DNA from: Lytechinus pictus
Taxonomy: Eukaryota
Length of the DNA stretch: 64,000 nucleotides
Assembly (NCBI RefSeq): GCF_037042905.1
Contig: NC_087247.1
Span: 59,520,001 to 59,584,000 of the forward strand
Direction of reading: 5' to 3'
Every line of letters starts with the position of its first letter. Position 1 is the stretch's first letter. Both the position numbers and the translations under genes were made by a program. This document shows, piece by piece, positions 14,722 to 25,900 of the stretch. Under the pieces are notes generated by a model, which was given only the letters and a program-made list of their open reading frames with translations, did no database searches and was not told where the DNA came from.

Positions 14722-16534
14722 CTGGCCAGTTTCCTGGCCCATAATGCTAGTGTTGTCTAGTAATATAGACACATAGAGATGTATACTAATAATGCTAGAG
14801 GGCGTACTTCGTCAAATCTCTGTGATTACGCGGAGACCGGCCGCTATTACTCGATAGGTCTTCGCAGCCTGCCATGCGCGTACATTACCTATGGGGCATG
14901 TACAGTGATAGCACAGAAACGGAACAAAATGATGACATATGAGCTTGAAAGCAAATGGAAAAGCAAAATATTGTAAATCGCACTGGATTAAAGTTCAAAT
15001 TAACAAAGAATCTATCAAAACTGAGGACAAAACTGCCTATATAGACCTATAGGCAGTCATAATATATCCTACAAATAATACAGTCCAACGATAATATACA
15101 TCCCCAATCATTTTTGCTTTGGTCATAACATTTCGATGTATCATATATATGACTTCTATTTTCTGATGATTTGGAAGGGATGAATATTAAAAACAACATG
15201 CAGCTAGGCCTATAGGCATATCGTTCTAGGTCCTGTAAATTTAACATGATCTGGTGTTCAAGTTGACCTCAGAAATTTCATAGGCCCTTTCACAGTGTCT
15301 GATGCATCCGAGACACAAGCTATCGAAAAAACACGATTGCATTTTTTTTCAAGTATAGTTTCCTAATTACTATGATGCTGATTGCTGATAATTTATTTCT
15401 TTACTTTTGATAATTTTTATAATTCATTTTCCATTTAGATCTACACATAGAAATCATATAAAGAATATAGAGCCTAACTCCTTTCCCCATGGTTTTAAAC
15501 GTCGATGTAACCAACATCACAATAACTTGTGAGTCATAAAATGACTTTTATTGATAATATTTGAAAATGATTTATGCATTGGTCCAATTAATTGATAAGT
15601 TTATGATTTAAATTTCCAATGCTGTCAACCATCCGGTCATATTGATTACTTATATACGTGCGAGCAATTAAGAAATGTTTGTTGACAGCAAAATTTGCAT
15701 ATCAAATGCGCGCATGCAGTAGTACAATTTTGCAATGTACAGGAGGCCATGGGGTAAAGTGTAGGATGTTTACCGTGTATTATTGACTTGCAAACATTTC
15801 AATATTTCGGAGAGTAAACAAATTACAATGCGTGTTTAACGCAACATAGAACAATTTCACTTTGATTTTCTGGAAAGTCTAAACTTGATTCACTCCGGCT
15901 GAAATACTATGCAGATCGGCAAACCGGCTGAAATATTCTGTTGATATAATTATGGCCGGCGTTTGTGATCCTAATGATTGGACCAATATTATGTGAACAA
16001 ATCAAGGATAGAATAATAAGAAGGAGAGGAATAAGGAGGAGAAGAGAAGAAAAGGGGCGGGAAGACTGAGGATATTTGTATTATACTACAAAGATTATTA
16101 TTACTAAAACTGAGTGTATAAAACCAGTTGATAACAATATCATGAAAGAGATTCATAAATGCAAACTTAATAAACTTATATAAAAACGGTTGCAAAATTG
16201 TGAGTACTAAAACCAAACATAATATTATTGAATATTGCAAAACTGAAAATCCTTGGAATAAGATGTTATACAAATTGTCAGCTGTTGAGTGATCATCATA
16301 ATTACCTGTCTTGAGATTGTGTTAATATTTATTAACTGTGTCTGTGTTAAATTTATGGCAAAGATTTCCAAACACTGGCACCGGCCTATGTCATAAACCG
16401 GTAAACATGCGTTTTGCATATTCAGTTTTGTTTGTCACTTTAAAAGTATAACTAACTTGATCTTCTAATTTTATTCTTTTAATTTCATTGGCTAGCCTAT
16501 GGACCTGAGTTTGATTTTTCAGGTTTGTTTTATA

Positions 16535-18424
16535 CACTACTCAAAAAAAGTTAAGGACCACTTTTTAATGTGTGTATACAATTTTCAAACCGGGTGTTGT
16601 ATTTCTAGAAATACCCGAATATGGCTGTCTTGAATCTCCTCAAACACCCTGTAACAATTTCACACATGGGTGGTTTCAGTTGTTGCATGATGTCTCTCGC
16701 ATTATTGCATATCCTGAAAAGTGGGCCCATTGTGAAGTGGTACAAATGTGGATTCAAATGCATTTTCTGTCTTTAGTCTCTACAATCAACAAATTGCTGA
16801 CAACAGCAATGCCAAGATACAGCTGTCCAGGATGCCATCAAACACAATGAAATCAATTTCACACATGCAGTTCTTTCATGTCTCTTGCATCATTGCAATG
16901 TGCCCGTACAAAAGTGGCTTCCAAAGCATTTTCTGTCTTTAGTCTCTACAATCAACAACTTGCTGACAATAGCAATGCCAAGATACAGCTGTCCAGAATG
17001 CCATCAAACACAATGACATCAATTTCACACATGCAGTTCTTTCATGATGTCTCTGGCATCATTGCAGTGGGCCATAAGACAAGTGTCTTCCAAAGCATTT
17101 TCCGTCTTTAGTCTGTACAATCAACAACTTGCCTACAACAGCAATGCCAAGACACCACCTAAGTGAAACAGATGTAGCCAGAGCCCTAGGGATGCTGGAA
17201 GCTGGCCTCAGTCAGCGAAGAGTAGCCAGAATGATGGGCGTGTCACACAGTGTCATTAGCAGAGCAAATCAAAGACACCGAGAGACAGGGCTATACTCCG
17301 AGAGACCCCGCAGTGGCCGACCAGTTTCGACAACCCCTAGAGATGATCGCTACTTGACGAATCTCAGCCTCCGCAACCGCTTTCACAGTGCACGCCGCCT
17401 CAACAATGACTTCGCTGCAGCAACTGGAGTGATTGTTTCCACTCAAACAATCCGTAACCGACTTCACAGAGCCAATATGCATGCCAGACGGCCAGCTCAG
17501 TGTGTCCCACTCACCCCTGCTCACAGAAGAATTCGTCTCAACTGGGCCCGGGAGCATGTCAGATGGACCAGACAGCAATGGCGTAGAGTTCTGTTCACAG
17601 ATGAGAGCAGATTTTCCCTTGACCACAATGATGGACGTTCGAGAGTCTAGAGGCGACCAGGAGAGAGATTTGCAGACCCCTGTATTGCAGAACATGACCG
17701 TTATGGGGGAGGCAGCGTCATGGTGTGGGGAGGCATCACCTACGCCAACCGTACTCGTCTCTACGTGGTCCCAGGGGGAGCAATGACAGGAGTGAGGTAC
17801 AGGGATGAGGTCCTTGAACCTATAGTGGTGCCATTTGCAGAAAATGTGGGACAAAACATCATTTTCATGGATGACAATGCCCGTGCCCACCGAGCTAGGG
17901 TGGTGACCGAGTTCCTTGAGGGCCAGGGGATTGAGCGTATGGAGTGGCCAGCGAGGTCCCCGGACTTAAACCCGATAGAGCACGTCTGGGACATGATGGG
18001 GAGGAGTCTCGAGCAGCTCGAAGCCCATCCACTTGGACTGCAGCAGCTGGGTGTGGCTCTGGAGGCTGCATGGGATGCACTGGACGTCAGAGACATCAAT
18101 CACCTCATCAGCTCCATGAGACAGCGCTGTGAAGCCGTTATTGCTGCAGGAGGTGGTCACACTCGTTACTGAACTGCCTGAAAGACACTCAGACATTCGT
18201 TTTTACATGTCGGTAGCTGATACCCCTCGGGGCCCACTTTTCAGGATGTGCAGTGATGCGAGAGACATTGTGCAACAACTGAAACCACCCATGCGTGAAA
18301 TTGATTACAGCGTGTTTAAGGACATTTAGGACAGTTGTACTGAGGTATTTCCAGAAATAAAACACCTTGTATAAAATCTTTATGTACGTTTTAAAAAGTG
18401 GTCCTTAACTTTTTTTGAGTAGTG
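16535..18424 (+). mobile_element. Full-length Tc1-family (DD34E) DNA transposon, 1890 bp
   Basis: TA on both sides (16533-34, 18425-26). Perfect 34-bp terminal IR CACTACTCAAAAAAAGTTAAGGACCACTTTTTAA extends as an imperfect ~195-bp IR (16535-16728 / 18230-18424). Transposase inside. Confidence 0.97.
17144..18172 (+). pseudogene. Tc1 transposase (342 codons) interrupted by one in-frame TAG at 17648-17650
   Basis: ORF-track fragments 17129-17650 and 17720-18172 share one frame. Paired-like HTH N-terminus, GRP motif, FTDES, MVWG, MDDNARAH and SPDLNPIE, with exactly 34 residues between the second D and the E. TAG replaces the conserved W of RVWRR. Confidence 0.95.
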
Positions 18425-18559
18425 TAATAAGGTTTTCACGGATGAACAAAATTATAATATCATTGACATACGGGGCCGCAGAATGATTTTGAAACAGGGG
18501 GTGCATAAAATCACAATCATTTATTGTGTCATGTTCATTTTCACTTTAGGGAGGGATCC

Positions 18560-19087
18560 CCGGGGGGGGGGGGGGGGGGGTACTCGACCAAAAAAGTAGT
18601 AGGTATGTGCCGCGGGCGAGACAAAAAACGGGGGCCTTGGAGCGCGCTTATTGTAAAAAGGAGGGTCCTCGGTAAAGGCTTCGGAACTACAAATGTTTGG
18701 GAAAACGGGGGTCCTTGGAACAGGTCGCCTTTGTGTGCATCCCAATGGAACGGGCATACGTGCATGCAGCTAGCACGGGCGCCGGGTACGCTAGCGCAGA
18801 GGTGATGGTCGGACAGCGCTCTGCGGCCGCTTTTCACCATCGTAGCAGATCAATGCGACCGGAACGGTGTAACGGAAAATATGCGAAGCTTTGGAGCGGA
18901 TATCTTTCTTCTTTTTTTCTCGATAAGAAAATGCTATGCTTTGGAGCGGCTTTCTTTGTTCTTTTTCTCAATAAGACAAAAATGCTATGCCTTGGAACGG
19001 AAATATGAGTGTGAAAATGGGGGTCCCCTCCGCGGCACATACCCACTATGCATTATATACTGAGTGCCCCCCCCCCCCCCCCCCCGG
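18560..19087. mobile_element. Non-autonomous TIR element with poly-G/poly-C ends
   Basis: CCG(G)nTACTC...GGTATGTGCCGCGG at left and CCGCGGCACATACC...GAGTG(C)nGG at right. Flanking direct repeat AGGGATCC (18552-18559 / 19088-19095). Confidence 0.75.
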
Positions 19088-20236
19088 AGGGATCCATGCA
19101 GTCGCGCCCCTATTTTATTTTGATTATAGTGTGTCAAAGTAATTTTGATTGGATGCGTATGACACTAGTCTTTAATTACACCCACCCTTTAAAAAGCGAA
19201 TAAAAAATCGATTCTAGAATGTACACTGGTGTAACGCCAAGAAAAGTAATGAGATACCCTTTATAATTACTACTTGCTATTATAATAGCGCATAATCAAA
19301 GATCAAAACACTAACTTATACAAATTATTGTTAATGATATATTTCTTACAAATTAAAGCAAGTTGCATATAGTAGGCCTATATAGAAATTAAAATATTAT
19401 ATCCAACATAAACAAATTGGTCATGAGAACATCAAGTGACGTGAATGAAGGAAATGTGGAAAAGGACGATGCAGTTAAAGGTAGGGATATCAAGCGGAGA
19501 AGATGGGCTAATTCACTGTCTTTTGAATTAATTGTCAATTTTTCCATTAATGTACGTTGTATATTTTTATTTTATCTGATATAATAGATATTATTATCTA
19601 TTATTATCTAAAATAGGCCTATAAACAGAGAGGTAAATGCAAAAATTATATAAAGAATTTCATCCCGAGAAGTCAGGTATAAATGCCAAATTCACAGCAT
19701 AATCCCCATGTAATCACACTAATAATCAATCGAAATGCAATTTGTCATTAATATTTTCGATTGTAACGAGGTTGGATTCTTTTCTTCAAGAAAAAAGGCC
19801 GGAGACGGCATCCCTTTTTCCCTTTTTCACAGCGTTACAACGCACGAGCTATGTGTACATCCGGGTACGTTTGCAAATCAAGACCTATCGAGCAATGGCC
19901 TACCACGCTCCACGCAATCACAGACGTTAAGTACGTGGCCTATGGCGACTCCGCACTCTAGCGTAATTAGTATACATCTCTATGTATAGACAGACTTGAA
20001 TGATAACATGCTAACTAACTACTCAATATATTTATACCGCAATAATTATGTTACCAAGTAGCAAAACAATTACTTTTCCTCTCAAAACATTTTGGTTTCT
20101 CGATACAAATACAATTATAGGTCAATTTTTTCTCTGTAGTATTAGTAGATATCTGAAAACGTATATTTTGAAACTATGTGATCTCTCATTGACTGTGTGT
20201 TATAAATTTTATAACACACAGTTCACCCCCCTTTAA

Positions 20237-20816
20237 AGGGGGAATCCAACCCAAATGAAAACTTATTTTTTTGAGGAAAAAGAAAATTCAGACAATTTGA
20301 TAGGTGAAAGTTTGAACAATATCGGACAAACAATAAGTTTTGAATTTTTAAAATTTGTAATATTGGTAATCACTATATGCATGGAGACTTCAAATTGGCC
20401 GCATTTGTGATGTCACAGTGATGTAAGGCAAGGACTACTCTTCCATGTAATCCATAAAATGGCTTAAATGTCATATTTTTTTTCAAAAGTTTTACTTCAT
20501 TTCAAATTATATTTTTCTTTCATGAGGACATTAAACAATATACTACCTGGGTTTTTATTTAGATTACTGTCCCAGGGGAATTGGTACTTAGAAGAAAGAA
20601 AACCTAAAATCCCTGATAATTAAGTACATGTATATGGGAAAGTTGTCCACTTACCCAGTTGCCAATTTGAAATCTTCATAGTCCTATCGATCTCAATTTT
20701 GAAGCAGCCACAACTTTCTTATTGTTTGTCCGATTTCTTTCAAACTTTCACCATTCTTTTTTATTGATTTTTCTCCTTTCCAAAACAACATTTTATGACC
20801 AAAGCTGGATTTCCCT
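20237..20816. mobile_element. TTAA-flanked MITE (Kolobok-like AGG...CCT ends)
   Basis: TTAA|AGGGGGAATCCA ... TGGATTTCCCT|TTAA, with an internal mirrored AAAGTTTGAA/TTCAAACTTT motif. Confidence 0.7.
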
Positions 20817-21891
20817 TTAATTCAGCTTTGATTTTGATTACTTTGTGAAACACGTAGGCCTAGTCATACAATTCCAGTCAACAGATTGGGGCATCCATCA
20901 AGTACTCACTTGCAGGGTAACAATCTCTTCTATACCAAATGGGCATGTTCTTCAGAAATTGAAAAAGGCATCTTTTTGTCCTGTAAAAGGGATTTATTTC
21001 ATACTAGCATATTTCTACATGAATGGTGGCAGGCCTTGGCAATCAACTCATTTTTATATTCTGTATGAATTTCCATTCAAGCATGAGGTCATATGAACAA
21101 AAATTAGAATGGAATCGGCAAAGCATAGATGTAATATTTACCCTGGTAAGCCAGTCTGCCTAAACAAAAAAATGATGTGAATAAAGAAAGCAAAATCAAA
21201 CAAGCATAACATTGGAAATAAGTATCAAGGGTGGAGGGGAATTAAAAGTCATAAGTACCTGTTGTTAGGAAGGAACTTTAACTCTTGTAATTTATGCAAA
21301 TGCATAGATGGGTTCTAAATCACAACAATTACATTCGTAACATTCCAGTTGGCTTTATTTTCGGAAGCCCAAGTACCAGTTTCAAATTTATAATATATTG
21401 CTTTATAAAGCTCATGAATACATAAATGCTTTATGGAATATAGGACATCAGAGAAGTTCTCAAATTTAGCACTGTACCAAAGTTGATAAAAGGAAAATTA
21501 GATTCTTACGAAAGTTCAATATTTGAATATGTTCTGATCATTTGCACACTGTCATTTAATCCATGATTTACAATCTTCAATATTAGGTACTTTGCTTACA
21601 GTGCATGTTTCTGTATGTTTTATTTGTAGTTGAAATAATTAAGAAAATACAAGTTTACGTTCCTTCACGAAACGCATTTACACATTTGATCATTAATAAA
21701 AAATCATTAAAAGGGACAGTGAACAGTTGCCAAGATACAGTGTTCTGATATGTGAGTTTTGAACGACTTATGTTTTTTTTATCTAACTACCCGGTTAGCA
21801 GATAACTTATCAGTGGTGTAAAGAATGGACACAGAAGAAAGCAGCTTGACCCCTCTCCTTCATAACAACTCCCTTGTCTTAGAGTTTCTTT

Positions 21892-22757
21892 GGGTGTGTT
21901 TATGCTTCCACTTTTCAGGCCAGAATCAGCGTTTTCATACGTGATTAGTCCAAAACACAGTTGCATCCATGCTTACTTTCACGCTTTTAAACAACGTTTC
22001 AGAACACTGATTGTAAGCTTACAAAAAGGTACGTTTCAGAACATTGTTCGACCAGAATCAGGGTTTCTGGGGAAGTATAAACAGAACCACGATTAAACCT
22101 GTTTAAATGAGGTCAATTGGTACCGGTACATGCTTCCGGTGAGATGAAAATCCGCGGGCAAATACAGTCGCATGGTTCTAACAGGGAATTACCTCACACA
22201 TCCCTGGTTCTATATAATAATGACCAATGTACATTTGCATGTGTGATTATCAAGTTAAGTACTGTACTCTTCATCTAATTGTCATCACGATGTATGTTGA
22301 GGGATTTACAAAAAACCCGGAACATGAATTATGGTGAGGAGACATCGTTGGGCCAGAAGCCCCAGTAGCATGAATAAATAGATGTCTTATTATTTTCTTA
22401 CGTAGACTTTAATATTCTTTATTTTGTTTTATTATTATCCTCACCATGGTAGAAATTCTATGGCTACATCAAGTAGCTCCATGCAATTACTAAAAGATCG
22501 GAAATTGTTTGAAGTTTAAATAATAGTCGACCATAACGACACTCGGAAAAAAAAAACTTTCAAAAAATGGCGTGCCCAATTTGACCTCGCTTTCCTGCTC
22601 AACGGAGATTACGATGCGAAGCCAGCAGCAAATCGCGATTTCGCCTCTGAAAAACAAAGCATAAACAGCACCCACAGAACCACGTTTGCGAATGCCGATC
22701 TGAAACAACGTTTGAAAACGCTGATTCCGTCTCAGCAATGGAAGCATAAACACACCC
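21892..22757. mobile_element. PIF/Harbinger-like MITE ending 180 bp upstream of the EPHX copy 1 ATG
   Basis: Perfect 19-bp TIR GGGTGTGTTTATGCTTCCA / TGGAAGCATAAACACACCC. 3-bp flanking duplication TTT. Confidence 0.75.
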
Positions 22758-22936
22758 TTTGAACAACATGCAATACAAATACAGCATGTTTTGCTGTAAT
22801 TAAGCAGACTTTGCTCTGTTTACAATTCTGATTGTATGAAATACTCTTTGTGTTGTTCAGCAATAGTATAGGCAGCAGAACTAGAGCAGAGAGGTACCAA
22901 TTATATCATTTTCCTACCGCTATACATAGGTCTATA

Positions 22937-25900
22937 ATGGGGAACCCTCTTCAGCTCTTCACTATCACAGGCCTGTTTTATCTGCCCTTTTTCCTACTTG
23001 GAGTACTAAGGGGCATTCTTGTTCTTCTGCTGTCCCTGGTCTTCAAAGGACCACGATGGGTGTTTCATCGAAAGACCAGGAACTCACGACCACCTTGCAT
23101 GGAGGACTTGCAGCTTGGCTCCCATAAATTTGTTACTGTGGAGGTAGGACAACTGTAAGGTATTGATGTGCTATTCAATGCAATTCAATACTCACTGTTT
23201 GTACTATTCAATAGAAAAAATACAGCTCTCTCTCTCTCTCTCCTCATCCCTCTGCTTGGTTTGCAGTCTGATTTGCTATACTATGATATTGTACATTCAT
23301 CTGTGTCATTTCCACAATCATGTCTAGTCTTCAAACATATACTCTTTTGACAATGCACATTCATATTGTAGAGATTACAAAACACTACCTTCTTTTTAAT
23401 GGATTGAATCAAAGAAAGCTGAATTAAGTATTCTTCCACTGTTTTAATACCAAATATGCACACCAAGTACCTTCTCCCAGTTCAAAGAAAATATTTTATC
23501 CTTCTAGCAAGCTCTTGCAGTTTTATCCCTCTTCAGTTCTTGACTTTTACTTTTTATTCTGGGTACTCTTGGTACCTTTCTCTTGATTCTTCACTCTTAA
23601 CATGTTTTACAGGGTCAGGCTTTCTGGCTTTTCTTGCCAAGTTATCCTACTCATATATCTATATCTGATCCAAACAGTAGTATGAAAGACCATAAATAAT
23701 TTAATCTTTTAACCTATAAGAAGAAATTTCACCTTCCTACTTGAGAATATGCATTTCAAATTTCATTGCAAGAAATATGTCTCTTACCATTGCTATTTTA
23801 CTTTCTACCTTACAATTCACCTTTTTTATTTGTATTCCTTCTACTTTAGGATGTAAAGCTTCATATTGTAGAGTCGGGTGATCCTAAGAATCCTTTGATG
23901 TTATTTCTACATGGCTTTCCAGAATGCTGGTATTCATGGAGACATCAGATCAGAACATTCAATAAAGATTATCAGTAAGTATGACCTCATTCAAACAAAG
24001 TAACCAAATAAGGAAACATTTCCAAAACATATTTCATTTACATGTATCAAAATAATGCAAATGAAATAAAAGAAATATGGAGAGCCCTTGATAGTAATAC
24101 AATATGTAGTTGCTAAAACCTCATCATGATATGAATAAAACAATACACATTTTAGTCTATCTCTGAAGGCAAGTCCATGCTATTATGACACAACCTCTTA
24201 TTCAACATTCATAACTTTATGACACAACCTCTTATTCAACATTCATAACTTTTGTCTTCCCTTTCATTGATTTATCTTTATGCAGTGTTCTACAACCTCA
24301 TTAAACAATCATAATTTTGTACAAATGTTTGGTTTAAAATAAGTGATGCAGTTAATCTACATTTCTAACATTGTAAGCTTTTCTTATAAAAGCTTTATGA
24401 TGTCTTGTGCAGTCTGCTTCATCCTTACACATTTACTCTTGTTTTTAAAATGCAACTTTTCTTTTAGTTAAGTCATCATCACTCAACTTGGACCATCAAA
24501 ATTATGTGTTAAACAAATAACCTCCTTTGATAAATTCATTAGTCTGTCCAACATTTTTTCAACTGGTTTGCTACTTTAGTTGTGTATCATTTGACATGAG
24601 AGGAACTGGTGAGTCAGATGCCCCACTATCCAAGAAGTTCTACAGTCTAGATAAACTCACTGGTAATTATAATTACTATTCTTAGGTATTAATCTCATTG
24701 TCGGAGTTTTGCGTTTTGGCTATACAGGCAGTCAAGAAAAGGGCAACATATTAAAGATGCTGTGAAGTTCTCACTGAAATTAATAATAAATGAAATAAGA
24801 GACCTACTACTAGAGACTATCCTTAATAGCCAATATTAGCTACAAAATCCCTTTGCCCAAAGAGATAGTATGAAACCCTGTTGGACCAGAGATGATTTCC
24901 CTTGAGTACATGGAGATCTTTAGACTATATTGTACCATTCAGAACTGTTGTTTCAAATTTACAATTGAGCACTAAATTATATACCGGTGTGTTGGCTCCG
25001 TTGGTAGAGCGTCTGTCTCACAACTGGGAGGTCGGGGGTTCAAACCCCGGCCGCGGCAGACCAAAAGATGTTAAAAGATGGGAGTTGCTGCTACCCTGTT
25101 TGGCGTTCAACGATTAAAAGGGATAGAGCCTCGTCGATCTGGTGCTGCACAGCGGCTGCCGGGCCCATGATCAATTGGGCAAAGCAAATTTTTGGAGTAT
25201 TTCATTTCATGTCTATTTCGAACAATAAAATATGGATTTTCATATTCATATGTGGAAGGACCCAGATCATCTTGAACACATATCATTCAATGATTAATTT
25301 TAGATCAGTATTCCTACCACTAAAACATTGGGGGTTTTAGAATATTCTCTAAACCAAGTGACACAAACAATGATCTCAGTATATTTCTAAATACATTCTC
25401 AGACTAAACAAGTATTAGATTTGAGAAGAAATTATAGCTGACAGTTGGTTAAAAGCCAACACATAATGTATTTAACTGATATAATAATATATTCACTTGA
25501 ATAAATCACCTATATTTCTTCCTTTCTTTTCACAGAAGACATTCATAAGCTGATTGGTGTATTGGGTCATGATTCCTGTATCCTGGTAGGGCATGACTGG
25601 GGTGGTATGATCGCCTGGGACTTTGCTACCCGTTACCCAGAACAGCTGAACAAACTAATCATTATAAATGCAGCTCATCCCAATAGATTCAGAGAACTCT
25701 TTCAAAGCTACTACTTACCTCAGCTGTGGCGCTCATGGTAATTTTATACCATATATTCTTTTTCACTTCTTTTCTACTGAAATGTAGGCAAGTGTTTCTG
25801 TATCCTTCACTCATCAAGTTTGAACAGTGAAAGATGAAAAGTTTTGTAGTAAACCAATTGTTATCAGGAATTCTGGGATTCTATGACAATACTCAGAAAT

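Noticed and set aside
17291-18196. Long antisense and alternate-frame ORFs (e.g. 199 aa at 17291-17890)
   Set aside because: Shadows of the GC-rich transposase ORF; no independent motifs.
24184-24252. Short tandem duplications (~33 bp x2 here; 18 bp x2 at ~9510-9550)
   Set aside because: Ordinary intronic slippage events.
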